The notes beneath the pieces were generated by a model. The model did not search any database. It was given only the letters and a program-made list of their open reading frames with translations, and had not been told where the DNA came from. From Eledone cirrhosa (lineage: Eukaryota): a DNA stretch of 64,000 bases. Made by a program: the position numbers and the translations under genes. The stretch spans positions 93,186,001 to 93,250,000 of the forward strand of contig OZ024743.1 of NCBI GenBank assembly GCA_964016885.1. Direction: 5' to 3'. Positions 52,323 to 61,748 of the stretch are shown in pieces. How positions within the stretch are numbered: position 1 is the first letter of the stretch; each line of letters opens with the position of its first letter.

Positions 52323-54759
52323 TTAATTAGGTTTATAATATTTAAATGTTTTTCTCAGTTTATGATTACACGATATAATTAATTCCTGTCGCTTATTTAA
52401 TAGGATATCCTTAGATTTCATTATTTCAAATAGTTCTTGGGAACATAATCTACATTCATTTCTATTATTTTGATAAGGGGTGGCTCTTTTGAGCACACTC
52501 CAGGTCATATCATATTCTATATTCTTATTTCTATAACTATTAATTTTTTCTGCTAGAGATGTGGTATTAGCCAGTGCGGCATTTTTAAAACTATGTTTGT
52601 GGGTATTAAACCTTACCTTAAAATTGTTCGAAGTAGCTCCTATATATGAGCAAATAGAATCTTTAGTTTTAACTTTACATTTATAAACTATGTTGTTAAC
52701 AAGACAATTTCCTTTTAATGGGCAGTTTGCTTTGTTTCTACAGTTACAACCTTTCGTTAATTCTGTATTTGAGGAGATATTATGGTTAGTTTGATGTATT
52801 GGTGGTATACTTATGGTTTTTTTTACATTTATATGCATTATAGGCACTTATATTTTGTTTTATGTTTTTGGTTGTTGAGTATGAGAATTTAACTGTTGAT
52901 CTATTTAAGATTTGATGGTATTTGTGGTTTGGCGGGAAGTTTTTCTCTAGGATATAAAAAAAATTTTTAGCAATATTATCCTTAATTTGTAAATTAAATG
53001 GAGCATTATACCAAGTAACTCGTCTATTACGGTTTCTATGTTGTTTATTATTTTTATAGGTTGCATCGTGATGTTTACTAGGAGGATTAATGTTAATGAC
53101 CTCACCACGCACATTTTTAGTTAGATTTATTGATTTAGGTGTTTTATCTTGTTTATTAGGAGTTTTATTATTAACATTTATTAGAGTTGTATGATGAGTA
53201 GTTTTTTGAGAGTTACTATACTTTATATTAGAGGAGTTGTTGGTATTTTGGGGTATAGTGTGAGTGGCATTTAGGTGTGTACTTTTCATTTAGTGTTTGT
53301 TGGTAATATTAGGTTGTATGTTTATAGTATTTTTAGTAGAAGGTATATATTCTAATCTATTTTTGTGGCCACTTCTATCTAGAGCTTCGTTATAGAAGGT
53401 CGCATTTTTATCAAATACATCTTGGTTAGACGAAAGGTTAGAAATTCTAAGTGATATATTATATGCAAGGTTTTTAAGGATAGATTTAGGGTGATTAGAT
53501 TGTGAGTGTATGTAGTGTAAGTTTTGGTTGGGTTTATGGTAAGGTTGATAGATACCCGTAGCTAAGTCTAAAGTTATATCTAGGAAATTAACTACTTTAC
53601 TTGTGTTTTCAAAAGTAATATGAAGACTATAATAGTCTTTAAGGAAAGTTCTAATAAGCTTTTTGTTTTTTTCTATTTCTGAGAGGCTAAGGTTGTTGGA
53701 AAGAAGAAGACAGTCATCACGATATAAACCACCTTTAAGGTGGGGAAAGGAAGCATTTATGTTGAAAAGAAGAAAGAAGCCCACAAGATCAGTAATTTGG
53801 GCAGAATCGCTTGAACCCATAGTAATATCAAATAGATTACTATATGTGTTTCTGGTCCAGTATTCATTCTGAAATTCAATAAGTGTTAGTCTAGCATGTG
53901 TAATAATATTAATGTCATCCAAAGTTAAGTTAGATCTATTTTTAGCAAATATCAAAGCTTTGTTCAGGAGTATAGGTGATATAGAAGAATAGTAATTATC
54001 TATATCAAATTGTAGAAATGAAGCAGAAGATTTACATCTAATATTTTTAAACCAGTTAATTACCTGGGAAGTGTTTTCCCAGAGTGGTAAATTAACATGT
54101 TTTCTTATTTGTGGGATGACTCTATCCAAAATTTTTTTGCTAATTATTCCAATATCAGATTTGGAGGGACATATAAGTCTTATAGAAGGATTTGAGTTAA
54201 AGTTTGATTTATGATCCTTCAGGTTGAAGTGTGGTCTTTTCAATGCCAAAGGTTCAGTTCTATCTTCAATATTTAGTTTATTTACTATGTTGTGTGTTTT
54301 GTTGTTGATGTTGGTGAGTGACGCATTATTAGATTTTTTATAATTTTTCCTGAGTTCTTTATATATGAACTCATTATAATTTTCAATATCCATGTGATAC
54401 AAGTTTCCAGTTTTGTCCGAGTGGACATGGATTTTTTTAGACTTTTTTAGGTCCAATAGGGTAGAATCAAGGTCCTTTTGAAAGACAGATTTACACTTCT
54501 TAAATTTGAGGTGTTTAATTAAATTAAAAAGGTCTTTCTCAAAGTCTTCAAGTAGAGAGTTGTGTGGTGGATTCTTGTAAGTAGTGAAATCATACATATA
54601 TTTCCCATCTGCATATTTAGATTTTTTATCGAAGTGGTAGGCCCTCCATCTAACTCTTCTGATAAATTGGTTAGTTTTCTGTATCATAAGGAGTAAGAAG
54701 TCATCCTTAGAAGGTATTGGTATATTCTTTAAAGAGGTTCCCAAGTATTGTTTTTCCAT
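52323..54759 (-). mobile_element. Near full-length Penelope-like retroelement (Naiad-type): RT + linker + GIY-YIG endonuclease; one in-frame TAA (53290-53292) and one frameshift (about 52820)
   Basis: MEKQYLGTSLKNIPIPS...FIRRVRWRA; SDKTGNLY; LKDHK.NF...P.IRLICP; QFDIDNYYSSI; ITMGSSDSAQITDLVG; GLYRDD; VNFLDITLDL; SNHP; RRVTWYNAPF; CNCR.K.NCPL.GNCL..NIVY...YIGAT...FKVRFNTHK; CRLC..E; CNH. Confidence 0.92.
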
Positions 54760-54763
54760 TTGG

Positions 54764-54817
<54 letters not shown>

Positions 54818-54822
54818 TATAT

Positions 54823-55145
54823 GGAGGGACATGGCTTAGTGGTTAGAGCATTGGCCTTGCAATCGAAAGGTTGTGAGTTCAATTCTCAGACCGGGTGATG
54901 TGTTGTTTCCTTGAGCAAGACACTTTATTTCACATTGCTCCAGTTTACTCAGCTGTAGAAATGAGATGATAGGACTGGTGTCCCTAAGATTCCACTGCAA
55001 AGTGTAGGCGCCACGGAAAAAAAGCACCCAGCCCACACTGTAAATGAGGTTGGTGTTAGGAAAGGCATCCAGCTGTAGAAATCAAGTCAGAATCAGTTCC
55101 TGTCTCACCCTTGCAAGCAGGGAAAATGATGATGATGATGATGAT
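54823..55145 (+). mobile_element. tRNA-derived SINE (octopus-type) with RTE-like 3' tail
   Basis: A box TGGCTTAGTGG (54832), B box GAGTTCAATTC (54875), central CCTTGAGCAAGACACTT, tail CCCTTGCAAGCAGGGAAA(ATG)n; inserted in (TA)n. Confidence 0.85.
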
Positions 55146-55157
55146 ATATATATATAT

Positions 55158-55250
55158 ATAGGAACGAGTAGGACCCCGACGGCTGAGCTCAAGCTGTTTC
55201 GACGGCTAATTCCGTCCAGAATCAGCCGTCGGGGTCCTACTCGTTCCTAT
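55158..55250. mobile_element. Small MITE-like fold-back element with perfect 29-bp inverted arms
   Basis: ATAGGAACGAGTAGGACCCCGACGGCTGA (55158-55186) / TCAGCCGTCGGGGTCCTACTCGTTCCTAT (55222-55250); TA at both ends. Confidence 0.7.
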
Positions 55251-55401
55251 TACCCACTCTACTACCCTAAGTATTGAGTACTTTGGTGCGTTATGGTCCA
55301 CCTGGTTCCTTACCACATTTCCTTCGTTATATATATATAGAGAGAGAGAGATATATCATCATCATATATAGAAGTGGTTACACAACAGTTAGTTCACCAT
55401 A

Positions 55402-55441
55402 CCGAGAACAATTGATTCACCTTAGCGGATCTTCAGCTCGG
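55402..55441 (-). ncRNA. Near-intact minimal hammerhead ribozyme (one core substitution)
   Basis: CCGAG-CUGAAGA-UCC(GCUAA)GGU-GAAU-CAAUUG-UU/CUCGG: 5-bp stem I, palindromic CAAUUG stem III; GAAA reads GAAU. Confidence 0.6.
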
Positions 55442-55532
55442 AAGGACAGCCGTACGAACGCGCAAGCGCAGAAACCCGGTCACTTCACACAGGCAATACT
55501 AGACTGCGAGAGGTGTAAGGGAGATAACTGCG

Positions 55533-55573
<41 letters not shown>

Positions 55574-56184
55574 CAATATCGGAGAAAGCTTTTTAGCGAT
55601 ACTCCGGCCAAATTCCAACTCACTCAACAAACATTAGGAAATAAGTGATTATATTCCTAATTATGCGTTCGGGGTGCTAACTAAAAGTATTGCGTGGAAA
55701 ATTGGCTGTATTATTTCATATGAGACATATCGAATATATCTCTTCCCAGACGGACGTCTCGTTTTATTATAGGATTCCTACAATTTGGGTGAAATTATAT
55801 CAATTTATGTAGGAGCTTGTATACCATCAATAGATATATATTCAAGTGGGCTCCTATAATTCATCAGTGGGTGCCCCAATAATACTAATGTTGATAATCT
55901 AACCAACATCAGTATTTAGCGATAATCATCATCAGTGCCTGAGGTATCTGTCAGGTTGCCAGTCCAGCAGTTCTAAAGAAATGCTCAAACTGATTCAAAA
56001 ATGAGGAAGTAAATTACCGCCAAAAAAAAACAATACATGCGCATGACAATGAACTCTAAAAGGAATTCAGGCCACGTGTTAGAACTCAATTGGAAATTGA
56101 AAAAATATCTATGTGTGTACAACATTTGATGACACACACAGATATATATATAAGAGAGTATTGAAGTTTGCTTGAAGCATTGTG

Positions 56185-56710
56185 GATCCATGGACGAGTT
56201 CTCTCCAGCGGTCTCTGTCCCTCATTATCGCTGCCATGTCTTGCATCTCCAACAGACCAGTGTCTGTCCTTAGGGCATCAACATACGTTAACCTTGGTCT
56301 TCCTCTGAGACTTGGACGCTGACCAAGAAACTCACTCAGATGGTGGATGGGTGCTACACGAGAATGCTGAGGATGGCTCTGAACATTAATCAGTATACAC
56401 TGAGGATGAAAAACTCAGAGCTGTATGGGAGCATCCCAAAAGTCAGCTCAAAAAGTGACACAGAGGAGACTGAGGTTAGCTGGACATGCTCACCGACATC
56501 CAGAGTTGACATTGCACTCAGTACTCCTTTGGGAGCCCCTACATGGACACACTAGAAGAGGAAGACCAAGGTTAACGTATGTTGATGTCCTAAGGACAGA
56601 CACTGGTCTGTTGGAGATGCAGGACATGGCAGCGATAATGAGGGACAGAGACCGCTGGAGAGAACTCGTCCATGGATCTCGGGAATTTTACCCGCCTTAG
56701 ATAGATATAT
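56185..56710 (+). mobile_element. RTE-group LINE 3' fragment (56307-56700) with an inverted duplicate of its end (56185-56306)
   Basis: ETWTLTKKLTQMVDGCYTRMLRMALNI...RRLRLAGH...LLWEP.HG.TRRGRPRLTYVD...MRDRDRWRELV; one frameshift. Confidence 0.85.
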
Positions 56711-56927
56711 ATAAATCACATATATTTTTATTTGTTTGACCAGAATTACTTGGTCGTTTTTGGGGGGGCTGTACGGATGATTGTTTAACCATCGTCTCAG
56801 TGTGTTTGGCCTTTAACGTATGTTGTAGCTCTGGTTCATCTGAATCATTGAGCACTTGCCACACATCTCGGAGGTTGTTTTTCGTTATTTCATAGGCCGA
56901 AATACGATTCTCGATAATTTATATTTA

Positions 56928-56998
<71 letters not shown>

Positions 56999-57087
56999 TA
57001 ATAATAACGACAACAACAACAATAATGATATACATATACACACACACGCACACACATAAACATATCTATACACACACACGATAGCAA

Positions 57088-57468
57088 TTAACAGCGCTGC
57101 GATCGAATGTGACTTTTTAGCCCAGCCAATGATCTAAAATGTCTTGCACAGAGTCGGCAACCAAAACATTCAATGGGAATAGCCGGCTGTGGTTGGAGTT
57201 CATGTACTTTTGCATGTCGCTTGAGCCCTCCAGCTGATTTACATTCTCTACCACATGCTTGGTTTGTGTGGCGGTCGTTTTCTTTTAACTAACTCTCCAT
57301 AAAAGAGTTGTTTTGGTATTCTAGAATCCTTCATCCTGGCAAGGTGACCACTCCAACGGAGTCGTTCCTTAAGCACAAGAGCTTCTATACTGTCACACAT
57401 AGAGCTTTCCAAAATCTCGACCTCACGGATGTGGTCCCTCCAGAGAACGCCATGGATCCGTCTGAGAC
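57088..57468 (-). mobile_element. RTE (BovB-like) LINE 3' fragment: RT C-terminus joined by a deletion to C2H2 zinc fingers
   Basis: CLRRI.GV.WRDHI...RLRWSGHLARMKDSRIPKQLFYGEL..KRP, then ACGRECKSAGGLKRHAKVH...CRLCARHFRSLAGLKSHIRSQRC*. Confidence 0.85.
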
Positions 57469-57892
57469 ACATACATACATGATGGCTGCCAACTCGTTTT
57501 CGAGTTCGGCTACTACTTTATATCCATGTAGGAGAACCCCTACCGATGCGCTGAACGAGTGTGACTTTTTAGTCCAGCCAGCGACTTGAAAACTCTGGTA
57601 CAAACACTACTACACTTGTGACAATTATTGACACAGTGCTGGGCCCATGGTACCATGTGACGACAAGTGCAGAGAGATCTCCAGATATAAAGCAATGCCT
57701 GTGCCTTGAAGCTTTTATAGTGAGCAAAGGCACTGCACAAAGCCAGTCCCACTCTCTTAATCAAGATGATATTTACCAAAAAGAAGAACAATTCAACATC
57801 ATTGGATACCATCAGGGTTGCAGGTGTTATATCAGAGTTTTCCTTCTCCTAGAATTCTGCCTTGACAAAGGCTAAGGGGTCATCTCTCCCAG
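57469..57892 (-). mobile_element. Short internally deleted RTE-derived element (5'UTR-like start + zinc-finger end + (ATGT)n tail)
   Basis: CTAGGAGAAGGAAAACTCTGA motif that I recall from RTE 5'UTRs; ends CSSVCTRVFKSLAGLKSHTRSAHR*, homologous to the neighbouring fragment; (ATGT)n on both sides. Confidence 0.6.
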
Positions 57893-57962
57893 ACATACAT
57901 ACATACATACATACATACATACATACATACATACATACATACATACATACATACATACATAC
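57893..57962. repeat. (ACAT)n microsatellite
   Basis: Direct reading. Confidence 0.95.
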
Positions 57963-58407
57963 GAATATATCCTAATATAGGAATTCTTTTTGCCTTCTTT
58001 ACTTTTGGAATTTAAAATAAGCTGACCAGAGAAGGATTATGATCAAAGTGATTCTAATTTTTATCATTTTGTTTTCTATTTTAGCTACATAATCCAATGT
58101 ACTATTTTATAATATAGTAAGGTGCGGTTTGAGAGAGATTTGGGTGTTATTTCTAGTAGATGAAACAACCACAGAACGGTTTTTTATACTTAAGACGGAG
58201 TCATCTCCCCTGGTACGTAAAACTTGACAAAGTTAATTAAAATTAAGACGACTTATCTCCGTAAATATATGTTGAATTCTATAATATTATCATTTAAATT
58301 TTATAAAATATTAAACCAGTTTTTTTCATGATTAAATTATATAAAATAAGCGTTTATTGCATTTTACTAAACTTTGTCTTTAAATTGTTTTTCTATGTTT
58401 ACATTAA

Positions 58408-58557
<150 letters not shown>

Positions 58558-58686
58558 TAAGTATTTAATTATTATTTCAGTCATAATTATTCTTTTAAAA
58601 ACATTAACACGTGTGTTGTCTGTTTATCCAACATTACTTCATGATTTCTGACTTAGGCAGGAAAAACAACACAAATTTGAGGAACA

Positions 58687-58778
58687 GTCGGTTTAATTGA
58701 TTTAGTATATTACTGGCACTTTATTTTTATCGTCAGGCAGTATGTTGGCAGAATGGTTAAAGCATCGGACAAAATGCC
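58687..58778. mobile_element. Short decayed SINE remnants
   Basis: GGCAGTATGTTGGCAGAATGGTTAAAGCATCGGACAAAATGC resembles a tRNA-SINE head (A box TGGCAGAATGG); truncated. Confidence 0.4.
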
Positions 58779-58842
58779 CGGATTGAATTTTGCAAATGAT
58801 ATAATTTGGATTGGTTTGATTAGGGACCAGAGCTATCACTGG

Positions 58843-58888
<46 letters not shown>

Positions 58889-59224
58889 CTGAAGCTTGGA
58901 CAGGTTTAGGCCTCTCCCATCGGCTCGTGTGTATGTATATATAGAGAGAGAGCGAGAGAGTCTGCGGTGCTGAGACCGAGAAGCGAAACTGCTTGGCGCC
59001 GCGGTCGGATTTACATCTCTCTCTCTCTATATATATATATATTGTTATTTTGGGGGGAGGGTCATATTGTTATAATATTGCTAGAAATAATAATAAAACA
59101 CACTCACTGTTTGCTTTGGATTGGTTTTCGCTTCTGAATATTTTATATCCCTATAGTTAATTTAGCTGGCAATCAATGTTTATCATTGATTAACCAACAG
59201 TTAAAAATATAGATATAGATATAA

Positions 59225-59268
<44 letters not shown>

Positions 59269-59296
59269 CTATCAAAGTTCTTTCATCACACACCTG

Positions 59297-59334
<38 letters not shown>

Positions 59335-59522
59335 TATTAAATAAATGGAAACTATATTTATAAAACCATATTTATTTCATTATATATATTTCGGGGATAT
59401 CATATTAACAATATGCTATGCCTTCCTCAGACAAAATACAATATAAACAGTTTTATAGATAAATAGATTCGACATACCGTTATAACACCGACTTCCATTT
59501 GAAGAGGTTTAAGCTGGCAGGC
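59335..59522 (-). mobile_element. ~190-bp hammerhead-bearing dispersed repeat, copy 2
   Basis: Near-identical to 46676-46863; (TA)n on both sides. Confidence 0.75.
59373..59438 (-). ncRNA. Minimal type-I hammerhead ribozyme, intact core
   Basis: UAUUUUGU-CUGAGGA-AGGCAUAGCAUAUU(GUU)AAUAUGAUAUCCCC-GAAA-UAUAUA-UA/AUGAAAUA. Confidence 0.75.
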
Positions 59523-59783
59523 GAAATATATATATATAACGAAATATATATATATATATATATATATATTTCGTTTCTGAATTTGTTTAGCAAGATTCTT
59601 TATCTGAAAACGTGTGTTGAAACCGATATTGTTATACTTTGGGAGGGTCATGTTGCCAATAAGAAACACATGCACCAGTTTCTTTCACTTCAATTTATTA
59701 TAATAAATTTATAAATTTAGGAATTTATAAATTTCTGGTTGGTTGGTTGGTTGGTTCTACAACCAGATAGTTGTTTATATATT

Positions 59784-59826
59784 GTCAAAGTTCTTTCGTC
59801 ACACATTCTGTGACCTCTTCAGTGAC
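59784..59826 (-). ncRNA. Minimal type-I hammerhead ribozyme (left palindrome arm)
   Basis: GUCA-CUGAAGA-G-GUCACA(GAAUG)UGUGAC-GAAA-GAAC-UU/UGAC. Confidence 0.75.
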
Positions 59827-59937
59827 TGGGATTCTTTTCTTTGTTTTTGTGCCTCTCCTTTGTTCTGCCCTACGCCATCTTGTTTTTGGCGTAGGACAGA
59901 ACAAAGAAGAGGCACAAAAACAAAGAAAAGAATCCCA

Positions 59938-59980
59938 GTCACTGAAGAGGTCACAGAATGTGTGACGAAAGAACTTTGAC
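59938..59980 (+). ncRNA. Minimal type-I hammerhead ribozyme (right palindrome arm; sense to MNAT1)
   Basis: GUCA-CUGAAGA-G-GUCACA(GAAUG)UGUGAC-GAAA-GAAC-UU/UGAC. Confidence 0.75.
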
Positions 59981-60134
59981 AATATATAAACAATTATCTG
60001 GTTGTGGAACGAACCAACCAACCAGAAATTTATAAATTTATTATAATAAATTGAAGTGAAAGCAACTGGTGCATGTGTTTCTTATTGACAACATGACCCT
60101 CCCAAAGCATAACAATATATATATATATATATAT

Positions 60135-60182
60135 ACCCTTGCAAGCAGGGAAAAAGCGGACGTAAAATGAAATGATGATGAT
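60135..60182 (+). mobile_element. Isolated 3' tail of the SINE/RTE family seen at 55107-55145
   Basis: ACCCTTGCAAGCAGGGAAAAAGCGGACGTAAAATGAAATGATGATGAT embedded in (TA)n. Confidence 0.65.
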
Positions 60183-60242
60183 ATATATATATATATAAAA
60201 ATAAAGATCCGAAGGTGTGGTATAAATTTCCAATCATTTTAA

Positions 60243-60316
60243 TCACGACACATGTTTCAATAAGAGATAGATCGATCGTGTAGCCATGATCGATTATCAC
60301 TGATCTCGTCAGGTGA
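60243..60316 (-). ncRNA. Type-I hammerhead ribozyme with long stem II and GUC cleavage triplet
   Basis: UCAC-CUGACGA-[GAUCAGUGAUA AUCGAUCAUG(GCUA)CACGAUCGAU C UAUCUCUUAUU]-GAAA-CAUGUG-UC/GUGA. Confidence 0.78.
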
Positions 60317-60495
60317 AAGGAATTGTCTTCAAATCCTTGATATGAGGGAGAAAATTAACGCTGTTCACCCACAGAGTTTAGTCCCTCATATGAAGATCAA
60401 GCAGTCAAAACACGGCGACTGCTATCGTCTTCAGTTAGGGTCATAAAACTATCAAGTCTCTATCTCCCAATAGCTGTAAAAGACGCTGGACATCA

Positions 60496-60724
60496 ATCAA
60501 ATTTGTAGAATTACAGTCGGTCACAGTTAATGTGAGTGGGTACACACACACTCACACACACACGACTCGAGGTCAAAGAAAATATATATATATATACATA
60601 TACCAACGTAGCATCAAATCTGTAGAACTATAAACGGTCACAGTTAGTGTGAGTGAGTACACACACACTCACACACACCGACACGAGGTTAAAGAAAAAA
60701 AATATATAAATATACCAACATAGT
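60496..60724 (+). repeat. Diverged ~117-bp tandem duplication
   Basis: ATCAAAT(T/C)TGTAGAA...CGGTCACAGTTA.TGTGAGTG...CGAGGT.AAAGAAAA...TATACCAAC occurs twice. Confidence 0.8.
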
Positions 60725-61467
60725 ATTCACCGAAAGTTAGTTTACAAAACAACAAATGTTATATTGGTCAAATCTCAATGACGATGTAAATTGGAAAAAT
60801 TGGGTCAACCGCAACCCTATACACACGCAAGTAAGTTCAGTTCAGTGTTCTGCTGTGCGTGTATAGATTGAATTGTAACATCCGTATCTCCAAATAGTGT
60901 ATGTTATGGTATATACACATCCCTGTGAAGAGCAAGTAGTCAGCTCATAACGAACTCAGTATGTACCGTTGGTCCATTGAGAATCTGAGTCCCCAAATCT
61001 GTGCGTGCAAGCATCCGCTATGTAGGCCACCAAGGGGCTCTGTGTAGGGTTGGGTATTTGGGTTAAGGTGTCAGCATGTGCGATTTCCCGTCATATGGGC
61101 CCTTGGGCTTTTAAGATAGGTGTTTGAGTGGTGGAGGTGTGTTATCCAACACAAAAGGCAAAATAAAATAACAAAGAATAGCAAAACCCAGAGAATGTGT
61201 GTAATAATGGGCACTGCCGCCTGGAACTCGCCGGTCGACACACGAAAGCGAGGCATCGTGGGTGAGCTCGAACCGGACGCGTTCGCTGCGAGGTGCCATC
61301 GATGAGGCTGTGTTAGAGGCCTAAAACAAAGAGCGGGAGACCGTCCCGGAGGTGAGCGACTGCCTGGAACTTCCCAGCCGACACTCGACCCAGCGGGCGT
61401 TGTGGGTGAGCTCGGGCAGGACGCGTTCGTTGCGGGGCCGACGCCATCAATGGGGCGGTGGTCAGTC

Positions 61468-61565
61468 AATCGATCATAGCTACACGATCGATCTATCTCT
61501 TATTGAAACATGTGTCGTGATTAAAATGATTGGAAATTTATACCATGCCTTCGGATCTTTATTTT
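61468..61565 (+). repeat. Inverted partial copy of 60198-60295 (3' half of the hammerhead unit, lacking CUGACGA)
   Basis: AATCGATCAT.GCTACACGATCGATCTATCTCTTATTGAAACATGTGTCGTGATT...TTCGGATCTTTATTTT. Confidence 0.85.
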
Positions 61566-61707
61566 GATACAAATACTCCGTTTTACATCATCTAGCTGTT
61601 CCCATAAATGGAATTGGAGATATACAAAAGCGTGGAGAACTTAATATTGCTAACAAAAATTTATTGGACCGTTTGACACAACCAATAATACACCTTACTA
61701 TATAACT

Positions 61708-61744
<37 letters not shown>

Positions 61745-61748
<4 letters not shown>

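Larger units (their letters stand above)
59626..60118. repeat. ~490-bp near-perfect palindrome (arms 59626-59877 / 59887-60118, 9-nt loop) made of two inverted hammerhead-bearing units
   Basis: Arms are reverse complements apart from a few substitutions, a 16-nt duplication and one extra GGTT; mirrored ORFs appear in the ORF track. Confidence 0.92.

Noticed and set aside
54760-54882. N-terminal extension of the 530-aa RT ORF
   Set aside because: Read-through of SINE antisense and (TA)n; homology begins at MEKQYLGTSLKNIPIP (54759).
55780-55880. Minus-strand CUGAUGA followed by a hairpin (TAGGAGC/GCTCCTA)
   Set aside because: No GAAA after the stem and no stem I complementarity.
59743-60021. 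Mirror-image ORF pairs on both strands
   Set aside because: A by-product of the palindrome; no protein similarity recognised.
61592-61705. Short open frame LAVPINGIGDIQKRGELNIANKNLLDRLTQPIIHLTI as a possible MNAT1 exon 2
   Set aside because: Does not resemble the expected continuation (CESCVDLLF...CPEC) and ends in a stop.
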